A DNA stretch of 63,972 bases, the filler included, from an uncultured Methanosarcinales archaeon (GTDB lineage Archaea; Nanobdellota; Nanobdellia; Woesearchaeales; GW2011-AR9), in assembly GCA_964434885.1 (NCBI GenBank). It is 7 parts of 5 records of this genome, joined end to end, with 100 filler letters (N's around TTAATTAATTAA, not from the genome) between each part and the next. Parts side by side here need not be neighbours in the genome. Positions count along the whole stretch, not along the records: positions 49,420 to 51,212 come from CAYSWQ010000003.1; positions 51,313 to 56,913 come from CAYSWQ010000004.1; positions 57,014 to 63,972 come from CAYSWQ010000046.1; 4 more parts are not named here. The stretch is one strand, 5' to 3'. Under the pieces are notes generated by a model. That model searched no databases and was not told the DNA's origin. It saw nothing but the letters and a program-made list of their open reading frames with translations. Below, piece by piece: positions 49,534-61,288 of this stretch. Each line of letters begins with the position of its first letter. The first letter of the stretch is position 1. The translations under genes and the position numbers were made by a program.

Positions 49534-49803
49534 TTATTTTTTCTTATTTTTTTGTGGTTTGAAGTACAAACTGAACAAATAAATAAATGCTCCTAAGACA
49601 GGTAGGAAAACCAAGACCAGAATCCAAGCAATTTTATCCATTGGTACTTCAAATTTTCTTTGTAAGCAATTAATTAACATAACTACCCAGAAAATACCTA
49701 CAATTAACATGACAATTTTCCATAGAAAACCCATACGCATAACCATTCCTGGCATATAATATGTTCCTTTGGTTAAAACACCTAATCCAGTTATCATATC
49801 CAT
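49534..49803 (-). CDS. Small membrane protein with PLDc_N-like domain
   Basis: FWVVMLINC..R....DKIAWILVLVFLPVLGAFIY. Confidence 0.75.
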   Translation of the reverse strand: MDMITGLGVLTKGTYYMPGMVMRMGFLWKIVMLIVGIFWVVMLINCLQRKFEVPMDKIAWILVLVFLPVLGAFIYLFSLYFKPQKNKKK

Positions 49804-49847
49804 AAATATCACCTCTTAGATAATGTATTTTTGTAGAATATATAAAT

Positions 49848-50261
49848 CTATTTCTTACAAGGGGCTTTTTTCAGTTTGCTGCTTTTATATTTATGTTGTT
49901 TATGTGGCTTCATACGCTTTATTTTGGGGTTTAAGCCATCTTTGATTAATTGTTTCATTAAGTTGTCAATTTTAATTTTGTGGTCGTAGCCCAAGCAAAT
50001 TGTGTCTGGTTGGTGTTTATGAATTATTTTAAAATGGTTGTTGAGGTCTCCTAACACAGCTTTGTCAACTAAATCTAGGTGTTGGATTAATTTTAATCTT
50101 TCTTTTTCTTGGAAAAGTGTTTTTTTCTTTAATTTTAACTTTGTTTTGTCTCTGGCTAACACTACAATGAGGTAATCACCGTGTTTTTTAGATTGTTGGA
50201 GATAATTTAAATGACCAGGGTGTAATAGATCGAAGGTGCCGAAACACATAACTTTTTTCAT
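49848..50261 (-). CDS. ribL: FAD synthase / cytidylyltransferase family
   Basis: FGTFDLLHPGH...VVLARD...PDTICLGYD. Confidence 0.78.
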   Translation of the reverse strand: MKKVMCFGTFDLLHPGHLNYLQQSKKHGDYLIVVLARDKTKLKLKKKTLFQEKERLKLIQHLDLVDKAVLGDLNNHFKIIHKHQPDTICLGYDHKIKIDNLMKQLIKDGLNPKIKRMKPHKQHKYKSSKLKKAPCKK

Positions 50262-50938
50262 TTTAGTTCCGCTTTTTTTATTATTAATCTGGCAGTGTTT
50301 TTAGATTCTTCGTTTATTTCTGCTTCTTTAATGATTAGTTTTTGTTTGAAGAGGGGGCAGTTAAGTACAAGTGATTCGAACTCCCCTCCTTCGCCAGCGA
50401 TGTTGGTTCCAATAATATCTTTTAATTCTTTTAATTTGTCTAAGTCTTGTTGTTCAATGGTTTTGTTTAACCAAGTTTTATCTAAACCTTCGGCAGCAAT
50501 TGCAGTAAAAATAAATTCAAATTTATTATCAAGTAATTCTTGCATTTCTTCTTCTTGGGATTTGTGCCATAAAGGATTAATACATTTTAAGTTTAAATTA
50601 TCACAAATTTTCTGAATACGGCTGCTTTGGTATTCTGAGAATAAAGCACCAGTGATAATGCCTTCAAATTGAAATTGTTTTTGAGCTTTTTTAATTGCTT
50701 TGTTTAAGTCAAGGAGTTCTTTTTCTTTTTCGCCTTTGGTAGTACCAAAAACAATCGGTAAATCCATGGATTTGGCTTGTAATTCAGTTAATTCAATTGC
50801 AGGAGTGTGAAACATGTAAGAATCTTGATTTTTAGATTTTAGAGTAATAAGGCCAGTAATTTCATGACCTTGTTGTTTAGCTAAGTAAATTGCATAGGTA
50901 GAATCTTTTCCTCCAGTGAATAAAGCTGCTAGTTTCAT
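50258..50938 (-). CDS. dph6: Diphthine--ammonia ligase
   Basis: FTGGKDS, SYMFH, GALFSEYQ, PLW, GEGGEFES. Confidence 0.92.
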   Translation of the reverse strand: MKLAALFTGGKDSTYAIYLAKQQGHEITGLITLKSKNQDSYMFHTPAIELTELQAKSMDLPIVFGTTKGEKEKELLDLNKAIKKAQKQFQFEGIITGALFSEYQSSRIQKICDNLNLKCINPLWHKSQEEEMQELLDNKFEFIFTAIAAEGLDKTWLNKTIEQQDLDKLKELKDIIGTNIAGEGGEFESLVLNCPLFKQKLIIKEAEINEESKNTARLIIKKAELK

Positions 50939-50991
50939 ATTTAGTTAATAAAATCGTTTAATTTAAATAAATATTGGGATTTATAATTAAA

Positions 50992-51212
50992 ATGACAGAA
51001 CTCTGGTTGAAAAATAAGAAGTTGGTTCCTGAAAAGGAATGGGTTTTAACTATTGAAGATTTGCAAAGTAAAGAGAGAATTAAAGATAAAAAAATAGCAA
51101 AAAAACAATTGAGAAAATTATTTGTCGAAGCAGTGGAAAGAAGGTTACCACCTGGTCGTTTTGGAGTGTTTTTTTCTGGTGGAGTAGATAGTGGTTTGAT
51201 TGCTAGTATTTG
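50992..51212 (+). CDS. Asparagine-synthase-like PP-loop protein (3'-truncated)
   Basis: AVERR...GVFFSGGVDSGLIA. Confidence 0.7.
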
Positions 51213-51312
51213 NNNNNNNNNNNNNNNNNNNNNNNNNNNNNNNNNNNNNNNNNNNNTTAATTAATTAANNNNNNNNNNNNNNNNNNNNNNNNNNNNNNNN
51301 NNNNNNNNNNNN
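51213..51312. other. Artificial contig spacer
   Basis: N44-TTAATTAATTAA-N44. Confidence 0.99.
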
Positions 51313-51314
51313 GA

Positions 51315-54300
51315 GTAGGAGTAAAAACGCAAGGGAATAAAGTCAATATTGTATTGGAAGAATATGCCCCAGGATCTAAATTTAATCCCAAAAAACCAGT
51401 TTCTCCAACTAAAGACCACTCTTTAGCCGGACTGAGAAAAAAAGCACGAGCCTTAGTGAATGGAAAAAGCCTGAAAACTCCCAAAGGAGAAGCTACCGTG
51501 CACATCAAAAATAATTTTCCAGATGTAGTAATATCGGCTAAAGGAAAAGTTAAAATTGATTTTTATGAACAAGAAGTTCCTCCAGCTAGTGTAAGTGGCG
51601 GAGAATTATCTTATACTGGAGAGAGTGCATCGGCTGAATTAGATGTTGTGACAGATGGGAGAATGGATGGGGATTTCCGCGGTAAATTCACCGCCAAAGA
51701 CAGCCAATACAAACAAATTAGGTCGAGTCAAGAACAGGCAGCTTTAGGAATAAGAAGAAATTCCGCTTCCAACAAAGATGTAATTCTAACTAGTTGTAAA
51801 CCAAAATGTGTGGTTTCAGACAAACCAGTTATTTCCATTAGTAAAAATATTTTATTTGCTGAAACTAGTGGCAAAGAATTTGAAGATTTTCTGTTCGGTT
51901 CTGAGATTGGAGAGTTTAACATCCAATTGAAAGCAACCAAAGAGGGATTAACTTACCAGCTGCCAAAGAGTATTGGGGGGTTGACAGCTCAACAATTGGC
52001 GAAACAGGCTGCTTCTCTAGGTCAACAATTGTATATGAAAACTGATTGTGGACAGAATAAACAGTGTTTATTTAGTTTGGAGAACATCAAAGGTAATTTA
52101 CAAGGAACAACAGAAATAAGTACTTTTGATGCCAAGAAAAATAAATGGATTTCTGGTAAGAAAATGCCGGCTTTGAGTTTTGAAATGCCCAAAGCAATTG
52201 GAGCCCAAGTTATTTTTCCTCCCCCAGAAGATTTTGCCAAATTGCAAGAAATGAATAAGTATTTGCAACAAGGCAGATATGAAAAATTAAAAGGGTTGAC
52301 TTTCAAAAGTGCAGACACAAAAAAATATGTTCAATCTTTGATTGGAATTCATCCAGATTCATTTAATGATCCTAATTATAATTTGGCCAAAATTGCGAAG
52401 CGAGCAAAATACGCCAAGAAATATGATGACCAGTTAGAGAAAGCCTATGGGGTGAAATTCAAAGGGGGGAAAATTGTAGTACCTCCAGATGCTGATGAAA
52501 ATTATCTAAAAAAAGTTGATTTGGCAGATAAAAAGATTCAAAAAGATATGAAAAGTGGTAATGTAAATTTCTATCGTTTGACCGCAGCCAGTATTCACCA
52601 AGCAAAACTAGATCAAGAAATCTATGAGACTCTCTTGCGATCCGAATTAGAAAAGAAAGGAGATGGTTCTAAGTATGCAGCAGACTTGCAAAAACATATC
52701 CAGGCAGCTAAGCAAGAATATACTCGGATGACTAAACATCGGAAATCAATGGCAGAATTAGTTAAAAGGAATGAGATGATCGAGTTTCAAAAAGGGATGT
52801 TAGAGATTCAAAAAGAAGAAGCGCGCTTGGAAAATATGTTGAGACAGGCTTTGCTGGAAGAACAGGCGATGAAGCATGCGGAATCCGTCAAACAAAGTAA
52901 AGCATTGAAAGCAAAAGCGAAGAGGATTGGTGATGCGAGATTTAAAGTGAATGGGCAATTGAAACGGGCCCAAGACGATTTAAGTAAAATACAGGCACAG
53001 GTAAAACAGAATGAAGCGGCCCTGAAAAATGCTGAAAAATTCGGAAAATATTCATTAAATCCCCATATGTACACTATTGGGAATCAAATACTGCGGGACA
53101 AAATAAAAAAGCTTAAAGCTCAGGCAGACCGGGCAAAATTAAGAGAAAAAAGACTAAAAGCTCAGATAAATCATTTTGACACGGTTTCTTTGGCCATCAC
53201 AAACCAAATTAGAGCGGTTAATCCCGAGTTGGCCATGCAGGCTTCACGGATGAGTCGGAGTGTAACGTCCGCTCAAGAAGCATATAAACATTTGAAAGCT
53301 AAAAACCCAGCCAAAGCTAATTATGAATTATATCGAGCATATTATTCGGAAGGGTATGAATCACAAGCAAAGTCAGTTTTGGAAAAGTATTCTACCACTA
53401 ATAAAGATGGTACTACTAATGTTCAAGCTTTAGCCTGGCGGAAAGAAATGGATCATTTAGCATTGGTATCGGAAAAACATCGGACCAGAGATTATATTGA
53501 TAAACAAATGAAAGAATACCGGGCCAAGAAGGAATCCATTACTGGTCGGGCCTTTAGTTTACTAGATGGGGCAACTTTTTTAGGAGAATGGGGGACTTTG
53601 GGGAATTACCTAGCTTTGTATCAAAATACAGTATTGTCAGAATGGACACCCAAAGGCTTTCTTGATTTATATGGTCGGCAATTAAGAGAAGGAGGAGCAA
53701 AGAAAAAACCAACTTTATCCAGCAGTATTGATTATTCTAAGGAATGGGTCAAAGGGATGTTGGGAATGGAGACCAGGAAGAAATATACTTACACCGAAAA
53801 GAAATTTGAAGGCGAATTGAAAGGGATGAAGATGCTGAGAAAGAAAGCAGAAGCAGCCAGAGCAGTAATGGAAATGCGGAGTGCCTTGTTTGCGCAAGGT
53901 AAATCTATGGCTGAGATTGACAAGATAATGCAAGGAGGATTGGTAGATGAAAAAACCAAGGAAGAAGCAAAAAGATTATCTCAGCAATTGTATAGTCGAG
54001 GGAGAAAATCAGGGGAAGTGAGTAAAGCAGTAGGTGAATTCTACAATAAGAAAAGAGAACAATATTTAATTAAGACCATTGGGACAAGAGAGATCAATGG
54101 AAAAAAAGTCAGTCTTTCTTTAGGAGTGGATGTTGATAATTCCGAAATACAACAATATTTGCAATCAGCTTCTTACAAAGTTAATACAGATAATTATCGG
54201 GCGGCAGAAGCAACGGTGAGAGCCAATAATAAGAAAAAAGGTATCAAGATGGAAGATGCCCAAGTGAGGGCCATGGCCAAGGCAATGGTCCAAGGTGATT

Positions 54301-56913
54301 ATTTATTGGAAGCGGCGTTGTTAAAGGACAGGTCTAGTGGAAATCGGGCAGGAGAAGCAGAAGATCAATATGAATTAATTGCTACTAAGTATCCTGGTTC
54401 CGGGGCCGCTTTAGTGGCACAGGGAAAATTAGATTCTTTAAGAAAAGTAGGAGGTAATTGGGCTAGTAGAAAATTCAATTATTATATGAATGCTTATCAG
54501 CATGGCTTAACTGAAATAGGGGGAGTTTTAGATATCCCTTTAGCAGGAACAGCGGCATTTAAAGCCGGGATGAAATCCGTCCAATTATTGAAAACTGGAG
54601 CCAAAGCTTTAGCACATACCAAAAAGTTTAATCAGGTTTTGAATCTGGGTAGACAGGGAGCACAATATGGGGCCAAAATTGGAGTACAAGTGGGGGAAGG
54701 AACCGGAAAGTTGTTGTCCGCCAGTGGCAAGATAGTAGCTCAAACCACACCAACATTAGCCAAAGGAGCTACGAAAGGAGCAGGAGTTTTGAAAGAAGGC
54801 TTTGTTGGTTTGTATGACTTAGGTAAATCTGGGGGAGAGTTGGCCAAAAGAGCGGCAAAGTATGCGACCACCCACCAAATTTATTCTTCGAAATTTAGAG
54901 GAATACATACCTTGTCTTTGAATCCGGATAAAAGGGCAATCAAAAGAGCAGTTATAGATAGAACTTTGGATTTACGGGAGGCTGAAAATGGGGTAAAGGT
55001 ATCTCGGGATTTGGCATTGAAATATGGAGATGATTTGGAAGCAGCTAAGAAAGCGGGGAACTGGGAGAAAGCAGCTGAAGCCAGCAAAAATTTGGAAGAT
55101 TGGAAACAAGTTTTGGCTAAAGATATTCAGAAAAAAGAAAAAGCAGTTAGTCAGTTAGCGGAAGCAAAACAAGCAGAAGAAGCATTTTCCATTGCCGCAC
55201 ATACCAAGACTTCTTTGTTGTTTCGCGATCTTTCATTAAATCCAGCAGAAAGAGCGGCCAATTTGGAAAAAATCCAAGCAGTAAAAAATTACAAACAAGC
55301 TTTAGCCAAAGGTTGTATTGCTGGTGAATGCCAGCAAGCTGAGGCAAAATTATTAGCGGCGGCGACCGAATTAACTAAAGTTAAAGGAGCGATTAAGGCA
55401 GCAGCAGTTAGTGATGGTTGGTTAGCCAAGAAAGTAGAAGGGGTTGTGGAAAAGCAAAAGAAAGGTCATTTGGAGACGGCTCGTCGGAAACAGCAACAAT
55501 TAGAACGAATGGGAGCGATGTTTTCTGTAGAAGAAAAGGCGGGTAAAAAAGCAATCAAAGTTGATTTAAAATATGTTGACGAGGGCAATAAAAAATTAGC
55601 AGGTAAAAGTGCGATTGATTTCAAACTAGCTTTGAAGAGTGGTGATCTAGAAACTGGTTTGGTGAAAACCATTGAAGAAACTGGTAAACTGCAAGTACCT
55701 GCGAGTTTAGATGATGCTCTAGCTAGTGGTCAGAGAGTGATGAGTGAAAGTAGCTTACAACACACCACTGGAGTTAGTGGGGCCTTACCACCAGTACATG
55801 AAACAGCTAGGCCGGTGGCCCAAATAGATAATTATGATTCTCAGGTGGTAGCGGCGGCTGAGGAAATTGTCGAGACCGACATTACTAGAGTATTGACTTC
55901 TCGAAAATTAAAACCAACTGCCGAAGAAAGTTCAGTCTTAGTGCGAAGAGAATTGGCCATGGAAGCAGGTGATTTGGCAGGAAGTAGAATGTGGGATTAT
56001 GAATTCCTGAAATTGCAAAGGAAAAAACTAGGAGATGAAGGTTTGCTGAAAGCAGCGGCGGAAACCAAAGATGAAAGGGTTATTGGTGTAGTGAGAGAGT
56101 TTGTTGAAAAAGGAGATGATGTAGCTAAGAATACAGCCTATAGAAGAATACAAGCTCCGAAATCCGTGCAAGAAGGAATTGACGAAGCAACTTTAGGCAA
56201 TGTAGTAGTGGACTTAGCAGAATCCCGGCAAGGAGTGAAGTCAACCACGACTAGATCATTGAGAAGGACTAATGATGAATTGGCTGGAGTTAATAAAGAG
56301 TTAACGGAAGCCATCTCTCAAAGAGCACCGAGGGTTGCACAGATTGATGAATTGGCTCAAGCTCGTGCCAGGAAAGCTTCTCGTTCTAGTGGTTTCATGC
56401 AAGGGATTACTACTAAGAAAGGGATTACTTTGAATAACAAGAAGATGCAGGGTATTTTGCGAAATTTGGAAACTCAGGGAGTAGATGTTGATTTGATTAG
56501 ACGGGCAGACGGAGAAATTACTATCTTTTTTGATCCTGCTAGAGCGACGACTAAAGGAAAAATTGATTCCCGAGTTGGTGATTTGATTGATGAATTCAAC
56601 CAATTATCAAAAGCTGAAAAACCAAAAGTGGTTTACAATGGTGTGGAAGTAAGAGTGACCCGTTTCAAAATTAATGATCCAAAGAAGCCGACCAACTTAA
56701 AGAAAGAAGGGTATGGCAAATTAAGTGATGATCCGAAATATAATCCTAAGTGTCATCCAGCGGTGCAATTGAGATTAGCCAACACTGGTTCGGCGATTGG
56801 ATTTAAGCTGGGCTTGGTTAATTTAGTTGGTCGAGCTGCTGATTGTGGTTCAGCTGTCACGGCAAAGGTCGCACCAGCACCTAGTCCAAAGCCATCTACA
56901 ACTCCACAACAAC
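51315..56913 (+). CDS. Internal fragment of a giant (>1860 aa) Ala/Lys-rich, largely helical protein; open at both contig ends
   Basis: A single stop-free frame spans all of contig F; coiled-coil stretches and a Gly/Ala-rich amphipathic segment. Confidence 0.8.
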
Positions 56914-57013
56914 NNNNNNNNNNNNNNNNNNNNNNNNNNNNNNNNNNNNNNNNNNNNTTAATTAATTAANNNNNNNNNNNNNNNNNNNNNNNNNNNNNNN
57001 NNNNNNNNNNNNN
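56914..57013. other. Artificial contig spacer
   Basis: N44-TTAATTAATTAA-N44. Confidence 0.99.
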
Positions 57014-57041
57014 AATTTTATCACATTTCTTAACTATTTCT

Positions 57042-57746
57042 GTGAAAGGATTAGAAATAGTTAAGAAATGTGATAAAATTTATTTGGAAAATTATACTTC
57101 TATCTTGGAATGCGATGTTAAAAAGTTGGAGAAATTGTATGGGAAGAAAGTTGTGTTGGCTGATCGGGAAATGGTAGAGAAGGGAGAAGAAGATATTTTA
57201 GATGAAGCAGAGAAGAAGGATGTAGCTCTGTTGATTATTGGTGATGTTTTTGGAGCGACAACCCATGTTGGTTTTTTTAAAGGGGCGAAGGATAGAAATA
57301 TTCCAGTTAAAATTGTAAATAATGCTTCTATTTTGACGGCAGTAGGTGTTAGTGGTTTGGAATTGTATAAGTTTGGTAAAATAACTTCTATTCCTTTCTT
57401 TGAAGAATATATGAATTTGGAAACTCCCTATAATGTGTTGAAAGAAAATTTGGGTTTGGGTCTGCATACTTTAATGTTGTTGGATTTAAATCCTTCAGAA
57501 GAAAGATTTATGACTGTGAATGATGCTTTGGAAATTTTAGAGAAAATTGAAAGTAAGCAAAAAAAGAAATTGATTACTGATGAGATGGTTTTTGTTGGAT
57601 GTGCTCGTTTGGGTCGGGAAGATTATTTTTTGAAGAAAGGAACATTGAAAGAGTTGAAAGGATTTGATTTTGGTAAACCCCCTCATTGTTTAATTGTTCC
57701 AGGCAAATTACATTTTATGGAAGAAGAAGTTTTAGAGTTAATTTAA
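57042..57746 (+). CDS. dph5: Diphthine synthase (N-terminus probably lost at contig edge)
   Basis: YLENYTS, GDVFGATTH, NNASI, GLELYKFG, GLHTLMLLD, FGKPPHCLIVPGKLHFME. Confidence 0.95.
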   Translation: MKGLEIVKKCDKIYLENYTSILECDVKKLEKLYGKKVVLADREMVEKGEEDILDEAEKKDVALLIIGDVFGATTHVGFFKGAKDRNIPVKIVNNASILTAVGVSGLELYKFGKITSIPFFEEYMNLETPYNVLKENLGLGLHTLMLLDLNPSEERFMTVNDALEILEKIESKQKKKLITDEMVFVGCARLGREDYFLKKGTLKELKGFDFGKPPHCLIVPGKLHFMEEEVLELI

Positions 57747-58370
57747 TTTACTATAATCAATATTTCTGTTTTTGATAGGACTTAGAACTTCATAAAGGCT
57801 ACAAAGTGTTTTGTTTAAAGTTACCCATTGACCAATCTTTTCTCTTTCTTTGTAAGAGGTGCTGTCTTTGTCTCCAATTAATGTACTAATGGCTACTTTT
57901 TCCATCAGTTCTGCTGCTTCTTGATCAGAAATAACTAATGAATAAGGGTTGCTTGTATCTTGAGTAGATAAATAATCTTGAAAATTATTTGCTTTATGGG
58001 AGAGATAAGAAAATAAACTTTCATAATCAACACCGGCCGTGTTGTATTCTGATTCTAATTGGCCATAAATTAATTTTAATTCTTCTAACTCATCTTTTAC
58101 TACTTCTATTGTTTCGTTGAGGTCTTTTGATTTTTTAGTTTTCTTTGTTTTTTTGTTTGGGGTTTTTTTCTTTTGTAATTCTTCTTCAGCTATTTTTTTT
58201 GTAAGAGAAGGTTCTTTTTTCTTGAAATTATTTTTTTGGGTTTTGGGTTTTGGTTTTTTGGTTGGTTTCTTTGATTCAGAAATAATATTAATTGAATTGT
58301 TGATTTCATTAAAATTATGTTTAGAAAAAGAGCGGTTACTCACTTCTTGAGTTATTTGTTCTAAAATCAT
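57738..58370 (-). CDS. Hypothetical protein with Lys-rich linker
   Basis: 210-aa ORF convergent on dph5. Confidence 0.6.
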   Translation of the reverse strand: MILEQITQEVSNRSFSKHNFNEINNSINIISESKKPTKKPKPKTQKNNFKKKEPSLTKKIAEEELQKKKTPNKKTKKTKKSKDLNETIEVVKDELEELKLIYGQLESEYNTAGVDYESLFSYLSHKANNFQDYLSTQDTSNPYSLVISDQEAAELMEKVAISTLIGDKDSTSYKEREKIGQWVTLNKTLCSLYEVLSPIKNRNIDYSKLN

Positions 58371-58441
58371 TAGATGCCTCTGAAGATTTGATTAGCTACT
58401 AGTATATAAAGATTGTTGATGATAAGAAGGTGGTGAATAAC

Positions 58442-59689
58442 TTAACCCACGAGAATTTTTCTAACTAATTTTACTCTTTCTTTAACATAAGAGTCATTAA
58501 GATGATGTTTGAGAAAATCCGGGAGCCTATAATGTTTGATTGGGGTTTTAACCCACAATTTTCCTCTTTCTTCATAAGTATTTTTATTCTTTTTTTGAAA
58601 TGCTTTAACAGCTTCTTCCATCTTTAATGGAGGTCCTTGTTTAATAACAAAAGGATTGATTTGTCTTTTTTTCAAAATAAAATAAAAAATTCCATTGTTT
58701 TCCCAATCCCAGCCAGCTTTTTCAATTTCAAAATCAATTAATTTTTTCTTCATGAAATTAAAAACTTTTAATAATTTAGTTCCAACAACATCATGTTTAC
58801 CAGCCAAGGGAGTTACTTCGAAATAAGCCAAATTATATTGGGTTTCTTTCTCTAGTTTTTGAAATTTTAAAGATTCTTTTTCAAACATTGCTTGATTAGG
58901 TTCTTTTAAAAATTCAGTCGCTTTTTCTCTAAATAAAAAGAATTTTTCTAAATCAAATGCCGCAGCTGCATTTCGGTCTTTATCTACCGGATCAACTACA
59001 ATAATTGCAGATTTTAGTTTGGATTGGTTTAAATTTCTAAAGATATCTTTAGCTTCTTTGTAGTGTTTTTCTACATCAATAGAATCTTTACTTTCCCAAC
59101 TAGTAGCTGCTTTTAATAAATTTTCAAAAGAACCAAAATGAATAATAAGAATTTCTAAAACCCACCCACTTAAACCATTAATATGGGATTCTGCCCCATA
59201 ACAACCTTGAGCTCGGGCAAATTGTTTAGCTAATCTAATATCATCTGTGATCTTACTTCCTTTTTTCCTAACCCATTGAGCGTGTAAAGGACTTATATCT
59301 GTAATGTTTAAAGCTTGTGTTTTTTTGGTTATTTTTAATATTGGAATTACTTCAAAATTAAAACTTTGATAATTTAATTGAAAATAATCTCTTGATCCGT
59401 GAACTCGTTGATATTTAGGAAATGCTTTTTTTAATTTTTCTTCAGTTAAATCAGCTAATTGGTCAGATTTAGCTTTAAATTTCTTATAATCAAACTGAAG
59501 GAAGACATCAACATCATGAGAACCACTTAACCAGGTGTCTTTTTCTCCAGAACCACCTAAAACTGCTTTAGCACCAGTAAATTGTTTGTTTAATTTGCTG
59601 ATAAATTGAGAAGAAACCTTCTGAAATCTCTTTATTTCGACGGGTTTAGGCTTAATTTTCTTGAGTACTTTGTCTAAGATTTCCTGCAT
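58442..59689 (-). CDS. cca: Archaeal class I CCA-adding enzyme
   Basis: GGSGEKDTWLSGSHDVDVF, YGAES...G.SG, VDPVDKDRNAAAA, GPP. Confidence 0.95.
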   Translation of the reverse strand: MQEILDKVLKKIKPKPVEIKRFQKVSSQFISKLNKQFTGAKAVLGGSGEKDTWLSGSHDVDVFLQFDYKKFKAKSDQLADLTEEKLKKAFPKYQRVHGSRDYFQLNYQSFNFEVIPILKITKKTQALNITDISPLHAQWVRKKGSKITDDIRLAKQFARAQGCYGAESHINGLSGWVLEILIIHFGSFENLLKAATSWESKDSIDVEKHYKEAKDIFRNLNQSKLKSAIIVVDPVDKDRNAAAAFDLEKFFLFREKATEFLKEPNQAMFEKESLKFQKLEKETQYNLAYFEVTPLAGKHDVVGTKLLKVFNFMKKKLIDFEIEKAGWDWENNGIFYFILKKRQINPFVIKQGPPLKMEEAVKAFQKKNKNTYEERGKLWVKTPIKHYRLPDFLKHHLNDSYVKERVKLVRKILVG

Positions 59690-59861
59690 TTCTTAACTGG
59701 AAAATAGGCACACTTATATTAAACTTACGTTTATTTTGGTATTTTTTGGTTATAAATTGGTTGAATTTCATATTTGAAATAGTTATCCGAGAGATTTCTT
59801 AGTTCTTATTTTTTTAATTTAGCAATTAAATATATAAACACTTGAGAAATGCTTATCATTG

Positions 59862-61283
59862 ATGGGTGTAAAAAAACCGTTTCCGAAAACAGTTCCTTTT
59901 AAGAAATTAATAGGGCCAAGTTTTATAATTCTAGCACTAGGTTTGGGATCAGGTGAAGTTATTTTATGGCCATATTTGGTAGCAAAGTATGGGTTGGGAA
60001 TAGCTTGGGGGGCGTTACTAGGAATTACCTTTCAGTATTTTATGAATATGGAGATTGAAAGGTATGCTTTGGTAAAGGGAGAATCAGTTTTTGTTGGTTT
60101 ACATCGAAAATTTAAAGCAGCAGTACCTTGGTTTATTATTTCAACTTTTATTGGATTTGGAATTCCAGGTATTATTGCCGCTTCAGCAAAAGTAGCTTCT
60201 CATTTATTAGGAATAGCAGATCATAAATGGATGGCAATAGGGTTCCTTTGTTTCATTGGATTAATTCTTTCTTTAGGTAAAACAGTATATAAGATGATGG
60301 AAATGATTACTAAAACAGTTTTATTAATCGGAACACCATTTATTTTTATTCTGACAATAATTCTAGCTTCCAAATCAGGGTGGGTAGCATTAGCAAAAGG
60401 ATTAATTGGAATTGGTGAATCATTAGCTACTCAACCATCAGGATATCTTTTTTTCCCAATAGGAATTAGCTTAGCAGCATTTCTAGCAGCTTTTGCCTAT
60501 GCGGGGGCAGGAGGAAATCTAAACTTAACTCAATCAATTTATGTTAAAGAAAAAGGTTATGGGATGGGAAAATATTCACAGCGAATGGCAGGCTTATTTA
60601 GAAAGAAATCAGCTCAATCACTAAAATTAAAAGGGACAGACTGTGATTTTTCGAAGAAAAGTATTTGTCGATTTAATAAATGGTGGAAATTAATTTCTGC
60701 TGAGCATTTGATAGTATTTTGGTTTATGGGATTAGTAACTATGGCATTGTTAATGTTGTTATCTTATAGTTCTACTTTTGGTAAAGGGGTTTCTGGAGCA
60801 GCAGATATAAGTTTTGTCATTACAGAAAGCACATTTATTTCCAGTGGTTTATCTCCAATATTTGGAACACTTTTCCTAATAGCAGTAGTGATTATGCTTT
60901 TCCAAACTCAGTTGGGAGTTTTGGATTCAACTTCAAGAATTATGGCGGAAAATTTTTCTCTGAAAAAAATGGAACTGAAAAAGAAATCCAAAATCAATCT
61001 TTCAAAAATTTATTATATTTTTCTTTGGGCACAAATAGCTTTTGGAACAATATTGTTTTTAGCAGATTTTAAACAACCACTAACTTTGATAGTAATTGGA
61101 GCAGTAATCAATGCTGTGGCTATGTTTATACATCTTGGTTTGGTAAACTGGATGAATCATAAAGTGCTACCAAAAGAAACACAAGCTCCTTGGTGGAGAA
61201 AAGGAATTATTGTTTTGATTTTTCTTTTCTTTGGGGGTTGTAGCATAATTACAATTTTTTCTCAATTCAGCAAATTATTTTAA
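59862..61283 (+). CDS. Nramp-related (APC fold) transporter
   Basis: IGPSFIILALGLGSGEVILWP...EIERY..V.GE; about 11 TM. Confidence 0.8.
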   Translation: MGVKKPFPKTVPFKKLIGPSFIILALGLGSGEVILWPYLVAKYGLGIAWGALLGITFQYFMNMEIERYALVKGESVFVGLHRKFKAAVPWFIISTFIGFGIPGIIAASAKVASHLLGIADHKWMAIGFLCFIGLILSLGKTVYKMMEMITKTVLLIGTPFIFILTIILASKSGWVALAKGLIGIGESLATQPSGYLFFPIGISLAAFLAAFAYAGAGGNLNLTQSIYVKEKGYGMGKYSQRMAGLFRKKSAQSLKLKGTDCDFSKKSICRFNKWWKLISAEHLIVFWFMGLVTMALLMLLSYSSTFGKGVSGAADISFVITESTFISSGLSPIFGTLFLIAVVIMLFQTQLGVLDSTSRIMAENFSLKKMELKKKSKINLSKIYYIFLWAQIAFGTILFLADFKQPLTLIVIGAVINAVAMFIHLGLVNWMNHKVLPKETQAPWWRKGIIVLIFLFFGGCSIITIFSQFSKLF

Positions 61284-61288
61284 AGAGA

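Noticed and set aside
11327..57013. Six copies of TTAATTAATTAA as a biological repeat or att site
   Set aside because: Each is centred in an identical N44...N44 spacer and is a synthetic six-frame stop linker. ORF endings such as '...LIN' are artefacts.
50258..57746. dph6 and dph5 as one diphthamide locus interrupted by a giant insertion
   Set aside because: These are three different contigs, so the proximity is an ordering accident.
6928..58350. Short antisense or nested track ORFs (e.g. 6928-7383, 9187-9603, 13421-13720, 14170-14692, 45062-45382, 45869-46186, 51728-56603, 58117-58350)
   Set aside because: These are shadows of longer well-supported genes. ORF 45869-46186 is antisense to two better small ORFs with SD sites.
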